DNA from: a bacterium
GTDB taxonomy: Bacteria > Electryoneota > JAOADG01
Direction of reading: 5' to 3'
Assembly (NCBI GenBank): GCA_963681965.1
Contig: OY820579.1
Location: forward strand, 2,016,001-2,080,000
Length of the DNA: 64,000 bases
In this document: in pieces, positions 40,301-49,043 of the stretch
Position numbering within the stretch: position 1 is the stretch's first letter
Layout of the letters: each line of letters starts with the position of its first letter
Notes under the pieces: generated by a model
What the model saw: the letters and a program-made list of their open reading frames with translations, nothing else
Database searches by the model: none
What the model was told of the DNA's origin: nothing
Made by a program: the position numbers and the translations under genes

Positions 40301-40984
40301 TTCGCCGGTGGCGATTCGGGTTGCCACTTCGCCGGCAAGAAAATCGCGAGCATTCTGTCGAAACGCTTGTTTGGCTGGGTGATTCGGATGTGCAAAGGTG
40401 TAGTTCCAGCCAAAGCGGATATTCTTCCGCAACATCTGACGGCGACCATCATCGTCTACTTGCGATTGCCAATGTCGATCCCAAATCCGCCACACCACAT
40501 CGTCGGTCAACCGATTCAAATCAATCCCATTTGGCAACCGATCGAATGATGCCTGAACGCCAAGCAATCGCCGAACGCGTTGCCGGACCCGGCTGCGCAA
40601 TCGGTCGAGATCGTCCCAGCGCGGTAGCGACGATCCCGCTAATAGTGCCAGTTTCAATGCGCCCAGCGCGCGTTCGCGCCAATCCACCGATGTGGCTAAT
40701 TGGTAAGATAGAAATGCTAATTTCTCGCACTGTTCCCAATAACTCTCTTCATACAATCCGGTGGCAAGACGATATGCCAAACCGGTTACATCGGAAATCA
40801 CCGAGTCGCGATGATATTCCAATGGTCGTTGACGCCAGCCCAGTACTGAATTGGTCGTAGCAGTCAACAAGTCGCGCATTTGTTCTTTTTCGTCGCCAGA
40901 AATTAGGTTCCAGGATTGAGCAGAAGTTTCGATAATGCTGTCAATCAAATCGTTTATTGGCGGTGTCTGCTGTTCATAGATCAT
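37313..40984 (-). CDS. Large protein: TPR-like repeats, degenerate P-loop region, C-terminal NYN (PIN-like) RNase domain
   Basis: NYN motifs ILIDHENL, KENSADF, LVTGDGDF, GKRV; TPR-like helices mid-protein; EAPNGFGVA and IVLSNF as decayed Walker A/B. Confidence 0.75.
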   Translation of the reverse strand: MIYEQQTPPINDLIDSIIETSAQSWNLISGDEKEQMRDLLTATTNSVLGWRQRPLEYHRDSVISDVTGLAYRLATGLYEESYWEQCEKLAFLSYQLATSVDWRERALGALKLALLAGSSLPRWDDLDRLRSRVRQRVRRLLGVQASFDRLPNGIDLNRLTDDVVWRIWDRHWQSQVDDDGRRQMLRKNIRFGWNYTFAHPNHPAKQAFRQNARDFLAGEVATRIATGEVEAEWIDLFEPEVSAVIADWTLNVPDDTVFNTIGEVSDQLQSRLINSLERWLEWWRPLKTLREGDREAIEMFRDAQQSLFDEDSLGKSVDMFRATFDLAPGDLGVKEWYAYSLILTGDYSSAERLLQQIITARRQDFATITNLAGIYVRTKRLQEASDLLCSQELFDRNLHRRPYVGAVLGLLLQLEQYDIIPQRIAQLETIEWLPVGVMLAFRHSDEDTRQYLLRKLIDNAAIAIGRKGSDLSDPNDALVPIARLEKDFAYFQTEGLLELGIEHFKTRTERYPWFWANWHYLGKLHEMSGNIVDAKDAFLRKAEATSNSKAPRKSKLDNWHYYLEFCFRNQLYDSLKPGIDGAQNSGMPEAKLLRYRRAMLAFEPNSAPLQELTTERIDSIENEGEEFISPNASTGLIGFEFSEPYPTHTTWNVYPSSDWSGELTVLPHNRQDALRRELAVRWMSHDGTLPSSVILRSQDGIIEQSVKLYRTDRSYTPRDHLSGVNLLELYPEIQNRLRRHLATNLPGEVIALEAPNGFGVAQIAGQIAAEGEHVNCQVHIVSAPDGNFEEERIVKWTTQILTKCYPTFTMNGSSIADLTKSIDSLRSTINARAKQAIVLSNFADGWVISTADQSKQLANFLDVLQKLIELPDLIWIVCTGDLFHLRRHLQHTFWRSLQILRVSVLNDDQMISLMNYWFEDRSGISEQAVQTLQTLCGGVYELFVALLQEAIKDVNNVQQQRILASNLITAGNWVASSTILFRRWADLQMPSQQPARTILDSISQGSRILDNDPDLMYLREIGLVSGKNNEIRVVTPLYQPKLAYGANLLGTTAEDRNKSTTVILIDHENLFLGLKDEALRAGRTWNDRDGIRVGGIADQILNWVRKDHRILFYPIAIANWDAEPFISHMRPYQQAGFYTLLPEGTKENSADFMIYLESSRLLREYPNVETVILVTGDGDFAMLVRSLKTQGKRVRVLAVNGSASLALRAAVGSDFQFIEPIIG

Positions 40985-41006
40985 ATCTCGCTCCGGTAAA
41001 TCGTCA

Positions 41007-42188
41007 TTATTCCAGCCATCCGTAATCTCGCAAAACCAATTTTGTGGCTTTTGGTAACGGAATTTGCTTGATTTTATTTCGATCGATCCAACTTATTTTT
41101 TCCGCCGAATGGGGGGTGAGAGTACCACCGGCAGTTTTGACTACAAACGGGTGAAGTCGAATTCGAAAATGCGTAAAGGCATGACGAATCGGTTTCAACC
41201 CTTTTTCTACGATTACATCAAGTCCGGTTTCCTCGCGGTACTCGCGTACCACAGCCAATTCCGGGGTTTCATCTGCTTCCAATTTGCCTCCCGGTAGTTC
41301 CCACAAACCACCCAGGAAGCCATCTTTTTTCCGCAATCCCATCAGAATGCGGTCCTGCTCAACTAAAATTCCAATTGCAATATCGATTAATGGTGCATCC
41401 ACCTTTCGTCGTGGTGGTGGAAACTCGTCAACTTTTTTGTTCTCATGCGCTTTGCATGTACCCATCAAAGGACATTGCTCGCAATTCGGAACACCCGGTA
41501 AACAAACCGTTGCACCCAGTTCCATCAGCGCTTCTACCGCATCCGGTGTCGATTCCGGATCCAGTAACGATTGCAAGATCATGCGATAACTTGCCGGTGC
41601 ATTGCGATCAGTGTACGATACCGGAACCATCAACCAACGCGATACTACCCGTGCGATGTTGCCATCGACTGCAATCGCCGGCTTCCGATATGCAAATGCG
41701 ACGATCGCTGCCGCAGTATAATCGCCGATTCCCGCCAAGTGTTTTAAATCATTCTCGTCTTGCGGGAAAACACCCTGATACTCGGTTACAATCTGCCGTG
41801 CGGTTTGGTGAATCATCCGTGCCCGTGAATAATATCCCAAACCTTCCCAAGTCTTTAGCACTTCTTCCAATTCGGCATTCGCTAACTTTTCGACATCGGG
41901 AAACCGTTGCATCCATCGTTCGAAAAAAGGAATGACCGTACTTACCCGTGTTTGTTGCAGCATAATTTCGCTGATCCAAACCCGGTACGGTGTTCGATTC
42001 TTGCGCCACGGCATCGCCCGAGCGAATGTTCGAAACCAGGGAATCAATTCTGTCTGAATTGCCGTTCGATAATGCGAAAGATCCTGTGGCAGCACATCGA
42101 TCGAAGTAGTTTCTTTTACCGACAGATCGATTTTACTGCGTTGACTTCGACTTGATTGCTGCTTTATTCCAACCGGTTTTCGATACAT
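41007..42188 (-). CDS. mutY: A/G-specific adenine glycosylase with C-terminal Nudix domain
   Basis: WISEIMLQQT, WEGLGYYSRAR, GIGDYTA, VDGN, Fe-S C-x6-C-x2-C-x5-C; start uncertain. Confidence 0.95.
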   Translation of the reverse strand: MYRKPVGIKQQSSRSQRSKIDLSVKETTSIDVLPQDLSHYRTAIQTELIPWFRTFARAMPWRKNRTPYRVWISEIMLQQTRVSTVIPFFERWMQRFPDVEKLANAELEEVLKTWEGLGYYSRARMIHQTARQIVTEYQGVFPQDENDLKHLAGIGDYTAAAIVAFAYRKPAIAVDGNIARVVSRWLMVPVSYTDRNAPASYRMILQSLLDPESTPDAVEALMELGATVCLPGVPNCEQCPLMGTCKAHENKKVDEFPPPRRKVDAPLIDIAIGILVEQDRILMGLRKKDGFLGGLWELPGGKLEADETPELAVVREYREETGLDVIVEKGLKPIRHAFTHFRIRLHPFVVKTAGGTLTPHSAEKISWIDRNKIKQIPLPKATKLVLRDYGWLE

Positions 42189-42435
42189 GAATATCTTGTG
42201 AATAGAGTAAATCTGTCCGATACGGGAATACACAAAAAACCCGTCATCGAAACAATTCGATCGGTTCGAATGCATCATGTAAGTAGGAACGAATCGCCAT
42301 TCCCAAACGGGAATGATTTTCGCGGAAGGTATGATTGGAAACCTGAGAACGATTGATTTTACTCTTGGGTTTCCATTATATGATATTCAGTCGATTTCGT
42401 GACTTACAAAAAAAGAATTTGTTGAGTTGAATTAA

Positions 42436-43566
42436 TTAACTTCCCGTAGCAATTGTCAACATTCGATCTAGAGCAACTTTAGACATTTGTTTGACACTAT
42501 CGCTAACTCGAATTTGATTGGTAATCTTTCCTTGAACAAGACCTTCCAATATCTCTGCCAAATCGATCGGATCGATCCGGGTCATGGTTGCGCAATTACA
42601 TGTTGTAAACGCAAGATTGGAAATTTTCAAACAGTCGCGAAATCGTTTTTGTAACCTTCCTACCAAATGATATTCTGTACCGATCGCCCACAGCGAGCCT
42701 GCTTCATTTTCGGCAGCCCGCTCGATCATCTTGATAATATAATCTGTCGAACCTGCAAAATCCGATTGTTGAACCACCTCATATCGACATTCGGGGTGGA
42801 CAATTACGTTAATATTCGGGTAATTCGTTCGAAAATAGTCAATATGTGCCGGGATAAAACGTTGATGAACGGAACAATATCCCCGCCAAAGTACGATGGG
42901 TGCCCGGTCAATTGCCCCGTTTTTCACACCACCATTCGGTTGTAATGGATCCCAAACCACCATGTTTTCCAGTGGAACACCAAGTTTATACGCCGTATTT
43001 CGACCTAAATGCTCATCGGGTATAAATAAAATGCGACGACGTTGCTGCCACGCCCATTTCAGCGCTGCTTGGGCATTCGACGATGTGCAGACTGCTCCGC
43101 CATGTTCACCGCAAAATGCTTTGATTTCGGCAGAGGAATTCATGTAAGTCAAGGGTAACGGTTCTTCGCCAGTTACTTCGGTGATATACCGGTAAGCGCG
43201 TTTCACTTGGCTGAAATTCGCCATGTCTGCCATTGAACAGCCCGCAGACAAGTCAGGGAGGATAACCGCTTGATGAGAATCGGTCAGAATATCGGCAGTC
43301 TCAGCCATGAAATGAACACCGCAAAACACCACAAATTCAGCGTCGCGTTCGTTTGCAGCATGCACCGAGAGTCCATAGGAATCGCCGGTTCGATCGGCAA
43401 ATGCGATTACTTCGTCGCGCTGGTAATGGTGTCCAAGGATCAGGACTCGCTTTCCCAGCTTCGCTTTAGCAGTAGCAATGCGATCCAATACACTGGGATC
43501 CGTATCGATTGAATCGGTCGGGGTCCAAATATCCGCGTTTACTTCTGTGTCTGTTACGGTCGACAT
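42436..43566 (-). CDS. nadA: Quinolinate synthase
   Basis: GHHYQ, CGVHFMAE, AGCSMA, CTSSNA, HPEC. Confidence 0.96.
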   Translation of the reverse strand: MSTVTDTEVNADIWTPTDSIDTDPSVLDRIATAKAKLGKRVLILGHHYQRDEVIAFADRTGDSYGLSVHAANERDAEFVVFCGVHFMAETADILTDSHQAVILPDLSAGCSMADMANFSQVKRAYRYITEVTGEEPLPLTYMNSSAEIKAFCGEHGGAVCTSSNAQAALKWAWQQRRRILFIPDEHLGRNTAYKLGVPLENMVVWDPLQPNGGVKNGAIDRAPIVLWRGYCSVHQRFIPAHIDYFRTNYPNINVIVHPECRYEVVQQSDFAGSTDYIIKMIERAAENEAGSLWAIGTEYHLVGRLQKRFRDCLKISNLAFTTCNCATMTRIDPIDLAEILEGLVQGKITNQIRVSDSVKQMSKVALDRMLTIATGS

Positions 43567-43660
43567 GACTAATTCTCTATAAATCCTGCTACTAGCTTAA
43601 CTCTATTACGAAAGTTGTCTAACGGTACAGAATGTACTACGAAACCATTTCGAACGAAAA

Positions 43661-44614
43661 TTATCGATTTTTTTGGCTTCGGGGATGGTGTGTTTGCACA
43701 ATTGTATTCAGATAATCACGGTTGAGATGCGTATAAATCACTGTCGTGTCGATCGAAACATGACCAAGCAGTTCCTGAATCGAGCGTAAATCGACCCCAT
43801 TGGAAAGCAGGTGAGTAGCGAACGAGTGCCGAAACGTATGCAGTGAAGCACGTCCTTTCGGAAGTACTTCGAGTATGTATGCCATACAGATTTTTGTGAT
43901 TCCGTCGCGTGTCAGCTTACAACCACGGTGACTCAAAAATACCCCGATATTGGGTGCTAATTGACGGCTGCGAAGCGATTTCCGTTTTTCCCACTGCCCG
44001 GCAAATTCCGGTCGACCCTCTTGGAGCCAATTCTTCATCCAATGGGCTGCTTCACCCACCAAGGGCACCATCCGTTCTTTCGATCCTTTGCCGAAGTATA
44101 AAACATACCCTTCGTCGAGAAACACCCGATTGATATCCAATTTGACCAGATCGCTTACGCGCGCACCAGTTCCGTACAATAGCTCTAACATTGCCCGGTC
44201 GCGAAGTCCGGCGGTATTCGAAACATCGGGGCGATCAAGGATTTTTCCCACTTCGACGGGCGTGAGCACTTTCGGTAACGGACGGCGATGAGTCGGAGTA
44301 GCTGCTGCTTCCGCCGGATTCCGCTTGCCCAAACGCATCCGCAGTTGCCAGTTGTAGAACGTTCGTAGTGCCGAAAGACGCCGTTGAATCGTACTTCGCT
44401 CTAGCGGGAGAACAGCTTCGGTTCCCGCTTGCCATTCAAGTAAGATCGCTTCGATTTGTTCGGTTGAGATAGTATCGATCGAGAAATTAGTCGCAGTTAT
44501 CGCCTTCGCCCACGCGGTGAGATCGCTTTCGTATGCCGATACGGTTGCAGCACTTGCCCCCTCAATTAAAAGGGCTTCGGTAAAGTCGTGAAAACACTGT
44601 TCAGTGTAATTCAT
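43661..44614 (-). CDS. xerD: Tyrosine recombinase XerD/XerC
   Basis: RDRAMLELLYGTGARVS, GKGSKER, HTFRHSFATHLL, LLGH, IYTH. Confidence 0.85.
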   Translation of the reverse strand: MNYTEQCFHDFTEALLIEGASAATVSAYESDLTAWAKAITATNFSIDTISTEQIEAILLEWQAGTEAVLPLERSTIQRRLSALRTFYNWQLRMRLGKRNPAEAAATPTHRRPLPKVLTPVEVGKILDRPDVSNTAGLRDRAMLELLYGTGARVSDLVKLDINRVFLDEGYVLYFGKGSKERMVPLVGEAAHWMKNWLQEGRPEFAGQWEKRKSLRSRQLAPNIGVFLSHRGCKLTRDGITKICMAYILEVLPKGRASLHTFRHSFATHLLSNGVDLRSIQELLGHVSIDTTVIYTHLNRDYLNTIVQTHHPRSQKNR

Positions 44615-44640
44615 CGGTAGTTTTTTTAAAGATCTCGCGA

Positions 44641-45333
44641 TCAGTCTACTAGACCTTCGCGGATCGCGATCCCTTCGTCGACTAAAAACGGATTGGTCTT
44701 CCGTTCCTTGCCTACCGTTGTCATTGGACCGTGTCCGGGAAGTACCATCGTTTTGTCGGGAAGTGTCAGAATCTGCTCGTCGATCGATCGCCAGAGTGAT
44801 TCCGGATCGCCACCCGGAAGATCGGTTCGACCTACGCTACCAGCAAACAGGACATCGCCTACAATCAAGAAATCAGGTCGGTAAATAAGGACTTCTCCGG
44901 TTGTATGTCCGGGAGCGTGGCGAATTTCAAAATCAAGTTCACCTAGCGTGACAATTTCACCATCACTCAACAGTTTGTCGGCAACCGGTGAGGTCATCGG
45001 TGGCCCATAGGCAAATGAGAGATTTTTTCCGGCATCGGTCAGCATCGGAGCATCTTTCTCCGGTGCCCAGATCGGAAGCTGAAGGGTTTCTTTCAACGCC
45101 CGATTAGCACCGATATGATCCGCGTGACCATGGGTATTGATGATTGCAGTTGGCGTTAATTGCAATTTTTCTATGAATTTCAAAATTAATACCGGATCGC
45201 TTCCCGGATCGACAATCCAACATTTTTGGCTCTGTCGTTCAACGATGAAATAGCAGTTGACTTCCAACATCCCAACCACTTTGCAGAAGACTGCACAATG
45301 CTCGTCGAGATAGATGGCATGTTTGTCAACCAT
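44641..45333 (-). CDS. MBL-fold metallohydrolase (glyoxalase II-like)
   Basis: THGHADH, PGHT, GDVLF..SVGRTD, PGHG. Confidence 0.92.
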   Translation of the reverse strand: MVDKHAIYLDEHCAVFCKVVGMLEVNCYFIVERQSQKCWIVDPGSDPVLILKFIEKLQLTPTAIINTHGHADHIGANRALKETLQLPIWAPEKDAPMLTDAGKNLSFAYGPPMTSPVADKLLSDGEIVTLGELDFEIRHAPGHTTGEVLIYRPDFLIVGDVLFAGSVGRTDLPGGDPESLWRSIDEQILTLPDKTMVLPGHGPMTTVGKERKTNPFLVDEGIAIREGLVD

Positions 45334-45994
45334 TTTTTACCGCCATCCGCAATGCTAATAAATTGGATTGAATATTCCCTTTGAACACCGCTGTACCGGC
45401 GACCAGAACTTCAGCCCCAGCTTCAACAACGTGCTTAATCGTATCGGTGTTGATTCCACCATCAACCTCAATCAGGTAGTGAAATCCGTGTTTCTCTTTC
45501 CATTCGTGTAGCGTCTTGATTTTTTGCACAGAATGATGAATAAACTTTTGTGCACCCCAACCCGGATTCACTGACATCACCAAAATTAAGTCGACATCAC
45601 CGATGATATTGGTCAAAGTTTCGACTGGTGTGGCAGGATTTACCGATACTCCCGCTTTCATTCCAGCAGCTTTGATCTGTTGAATAACCCGGTGGAGGTG
45701 GGGACAGGCTTCGTAATGAACGGTTAGATAATCGGAACCGGCTTCGGCAAAAGCATCGACCTGTCGGTCCGGTTCGACAATCATCAAATGAGTGTCAATG
45801 ATCTGATTAGTCGACTTCCGGACAGCCCGACAAATCCCATCGCCGAATGTAATCGGTGGAACGAATCGACCATCCATCACATCAAGATGGATCCAGTCGG
45901 ATCCACCGTCGACCGCTTCATTCACTTGCTGTTCCAATTGCGTAAAATCGGCTGACAACAAAGATGCGGCAATCAGAATTTCAGATTCAGGCAT
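45326..45994 (-). CDS. rpe: Ribulose-phosphate 3-epimerase
   Basis: HLDVMDG.FVP, DTHLM, MSVNPG, EVDGG. Confidence 0.97.
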   Translation of the reverse strand: MPESEILIAASLLSADFTQLEQQVNEAVDGGSDWIHLDVMDGRFVPPITFGDGICRAVRKSTNQIIDTHLMIVEPDRQVDAFAEAGSDYLTVHYEACPHLHRVIQQIKAAGMKAGVSVNPATPVETLTNIIGDVDLILVMSVNPGWGAQKFIHHSVQKIKTLHEWKEKHGFHYLIEVDGGINTDTIKHVVEAGAEVLVAGTAVFKGNIQSNLLALRMAVKNG

Positions 45995-46070
45995 ATCGAT
46001 GACTCTTTTATAGGAATAAACAATTCTTAGTAATCTTCACAGGTGCAATGTCGTTTTGAACGTGTGGGTA

Positions 46071-46817
46071 TTACTTCCCGCTGGAAATGATTAATTCCAC
46101 TCCGGTGTTATTTTCTACGACCGTACCGGGAGGTGGATTCTGCCGGATGACATGCCCTTCGGGAATGTTCAAATTTCGCTCGAAACTAGCGTCAAGCATT
46201 GTTGCATTGGACTGTTTCAACGCTTTCTTGGCATGATCGAGCGTCAATCCTGTCAAGTCGGGAATAATCGTTTTACCCGGTTCAGGTCCTTTGGACAACA
46301 TGATTTTTACTATTGTCGAAGGTCGAACCATGGTGCCGGCGGAAGGTTCCTGACGGGTAATAAAACCGGGAGCAACCAGATCGCTGTATTCAAATTCCGG
46401 ATCGCCGCCTGCCAGATCTAATCCGAGATCTTCTAATTTCAATGTTGCTTCGCGAGGGGATAATTCGAAGAGACTTAGCATCGGTACTTGTGCATCGCGC
46501 GCGGCTACCGTTACGAAGATTGTCCGTCCCGGTTTCGCATTCGTTCCGAATGCCGGACGCTGTTCGACGACGGTCTCAGGAAGCTGTTTGCCGTCGGGGC
46601 GAGCACGCTCCCGCACCACTTCGAAACCATACCGCTCGGCTGCGGCAGTGGCAACGTATAATGGCGATCCAACCAGGTTCGGTACCGGGGTTTCGTTGAA
46701 TTTCCGCGTATACAGCGGCATCAACAACCGGTCGAACACTAAAAACAAAACAGCCCAAGTCATGACGAAAATCGCTACTCGGGCTGCTGTTCTGCCAATT
46801 TTATTGCGAATAATCAT
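46071..46817 (-). CDS. Membrane-anchored PASTA domain protein (three PASTA repeats, no kinase)
   Basis: N-terminal TM; VPNLVG, IPDLTG, V..Q.P.PG repeats. Confidence 0.85.
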   Translation of the reverse strand: MIIRNKIGRTAARVAIFVMTWAVLFLVFDRLLMPLYTRKFNETPVPNLVGSPLYVATAAAERYGFEVVRERARPDGKQLPETVVEQRPAFGTNAKPGRTIFVTVAARDAQVPMLSLFELSPREATLKLEDLGLDLAGGDPEFEYSDLVAPGFITRQEPSAGTMVRPSTIVKIMLSKGPEPGKTIIPDLTGLTLDHAKKALKQSNATMLDASFERNLNIPEGHVIRQNPPPGTVVENNTGVELIISSGK

Positions 46818-48226
46818 TCTACTCGCTTGATTAACCGCGCAAGGAACATTCCACCGAATTTATCGCGCGGCGGCCAGCTCTTCCACATACCATCACCAAC
46901 TTTGAAGTCGGGAAGCTTGTCGTCGCCGGTTTCAAGATAAAAATCCGGGTGCCGTTCAATGAACGCTTGAATTTGTTGTTCGTTTTCATCCAGCTCGAGG
47001 GAACAGGTAGAATATACCAAACGTCCACCCGGTTTTAATAATGCTGCGGCATGGTCAAGTAATTCCGCTTGCAACTTAATCAGGTCGTGTAAGTCATTTT
47101 CTTGACGTCGCCAGCGTAAATCCGCCCGCGAAGCCATCACTCCGGTGCCGCTGCAGGGTACGTCGGTCAGAATGGCATCGAACAACTCCCCTTCAAACTG
47201 CCGACCGTCAAGCAAAACCGTCTCGATAATCGTCAATCCGAGCCGTTTGATCCCATCATTGACCAATTCCAGCCGCTTCTCCGAGACATCGACAGCGGTA
47301 ATACGCCCATCATTTTTCATTCGTTCAGCGATTTGCGTGGTTTTTCCACCCGGAGCCGAACAGAGGTCGAGCACGCGTTCCCCCGGTTGCGGATCCAAAA
47401 CATGAACCGGTAGCCCGCTACCGAGATCCTGAACCGTACACTTACCATCGACCAAGGGACTCCAACCCCGCAACCGAACTCTGCCGACCAATTCGACAAA
47501 TTCCGGCAACATCTTCGAGCGTTGCGCTTCCACCCCTTCCGATTCAAGGATTTGCATGAAATCGTCAACGGTTGTCTTCAACGTATTAACGCGAACCCAG
47601 AGGGGAGCTGGTGATTGATTCCATTCCAACAATTCGCGAGTCTTGGCTTCGCCAAAGGTGTCGATCCACCGCTTTACCAACCAGACAGGATGGGAGTACT
47701 CAGTTGCCAATTCGTCGGCAATTGTCGATGCCGGTACTGGCGGTGGTTCTGTCGATTGAGCACTGCGCAGCAAGGCATTGGTCAATCTGGCAGCGCCTTC
47801 GCCGTACTTCGCCCGCGCCATTTCTACGGCTTCGAACACGACTGCATACGCCGGAACTTTATCGAGGAACTTCAACCCGTAAAGCCCCATCAGCAAATGC
47901 CAGCGGAAATCCGGGCGGAGCCGCATCAACGGTCCCTGATACAAACTTCCCAGCCATGCTTCCAGTGTCGAACGCTGGCGTAAAACACCGCTGCACCATT
48001 CGGTGGCGAGGGCACGGTCCTGATCCGATAAATCCATATCGGTAAAGACGCGGCTCAATCGCACCGATAACGGTGGTCCCGGCTTTTCGATTTTAGTCAA
48101 TACGTCCATTGCAGCCAATCGTGCACGTGCGCGATGTGAGCGGTCTACGCCCGGGGTCGCTGCGCGCGGCGGCGGGCGCCCCTTGTCGCCGGATGCATTT
48201 GGGTTTCCAGTTGATCGGTCTTCCAT
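46814..48226 (-). CDS. rsmB: 16S rRNA m5C967 methyltransferase
   Basis: NusB-like N-terminus, DLCSAPGGKT, DVPCSGTG, YSTCS; start at 48226 has an SD. Confidence 0.94.
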   Translation of the reverse strand: MEDRSTGNPNASGDKGRPPPRAATPGVDRSHRARARLAAMDVLTKIEKPGPPLSVRLSRVFTDMDLSDQDRALATEWCSGVLRQRSTLEAWLGSLYQGPLMRLRPDFRWHLLMGLYGLKFLDKVPAYAVVFEAVEMARAKYGEGAARLTNALLRSAQSTEPPPVPASTIADELATEYSHPVWLVKRWIDTFGEAKTRELLEWNQSPAPLWVRVNTLKTTVDDFMQILESEGVEAQRSKMLPEFVELVGRVRLRGWSPLVDGKCTVQDLGSGLPVHVLDPQPGERVLDLCSAPGGKTTQIAERMKNDGRITAVDVSEKRLELVNDGIKRLGLTIIETVLLDGRQFEGELFDAILTDVPCSGTGVMASRADLRWRRQENDLHDLIKLQAELLDHAAALLKPGGRLVYSTCSLELDENEQQIQAFIERHPDFYLETGDDKLPDFKVGDGMWKSWPPRDKFGGMFLARLIKRVE

Positions 48227-48269
48227 AGTTGTATCCCCCTTGAATTGGTGGTGGTGTTTGATGCGGTCG

Positions 48270-48953
48270 TCAGTCTTCACGACCTCTGATAAATAACAAT
48301 TGTATCAGTTGCAGAAGTGCCATCAACGCTGCTGCAACATAAGTCCAAGCGGCGGCATTCAATACTTTTTTCGCTCCGGTGAGTTCGTCACTCGCCAGAT
48401 AGCCGCCATTATTCAATTGAACCATCGCTCGACGCGAGGCATCGAATTCGACCGGTAACGTGACAATATGAAACAAAACGGCAAAACTGAATAACGCGAT
48501 GCCGATATCAATGAGCCACGGTAGTTGTACGAGCATTCCGATTAGAAACATCGGCATCATTAGACTGCTGCCTAAATTTGCCGGTCCGAGCAACGCATGC
48601 CGGAATTTCAAAAATGCATAGGAATTGCTATGCTGAATAGCGTGTCCGCACTCGTGAGCCGCCACACCTATTGCCGCCAGCGACGAGCTGTCGTATATCC
48701 CCTCCGACAGTCGGACAGAACGGTCCCGCGGGTCGTAATGATCGGTCAGCGATCCTTCGACTGCTTCCACTTGAACATCGCGCAAACCATTCTGATCTAA
48801 TATCTTGCGAGCAGCCTGAGCACCAGTTAATCCGGCATAGGATCGAACTTCAGACATCGATTGATACGCCGATTTCACCCGCATTTGCGCCCAGAATGCC
48901 AGAGCCAGCGCCGGGAGAACAATCAGCATCGACGAATCGAAAAACGGCAACAT
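48270..48953 (-). CDS. Zinc metallopeptidase (YugP/neutral Zn peptidase family)
   Basis: LTDHYDP, AAHECGHA, LPVEFDASRRA, AAWTYVA. Confidence 0.92.
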   Translation of the reverse strand: MLPFFDSSMLIVLPALALAFWAQMRVKSAYQSMSEVRSYAGLTGAQAARKILDQNGLRDVQVEAVEGSLTDHYDPRDRSVRLSEGIYDSSSLAAIGVAAHECGHAIQHSNSYAFLKFRHALLGPANLGSSLMMPMFLIGMLVQLPWLIDIGIALFSFAVLFHIVTLPVEFDASRRAMVQLNNGGYLASDELTGAKKVLNAAAWTYVAAALMALLQLIQLLFIRGRED

Positions 48954-49043
48954 TTCAAACCTTCTGAAAAAATCGAGAGTTCGAACCAATCAAGTAGAAC
49001 TAATCAGTTGCAAACACTCTGATATATATACGAGAATCGAAAC

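Noticed and set aside
42290-42380. Two hairpins between nadA and mutY as an ncRNA
   Set aside because: Short stems with no family motif; insufficient evidence
43661-44614. Integrase of a mobile element
   Set aside because: XerC/D-type sequence among housekeeping genes; no att repeats, tRNA or cargo
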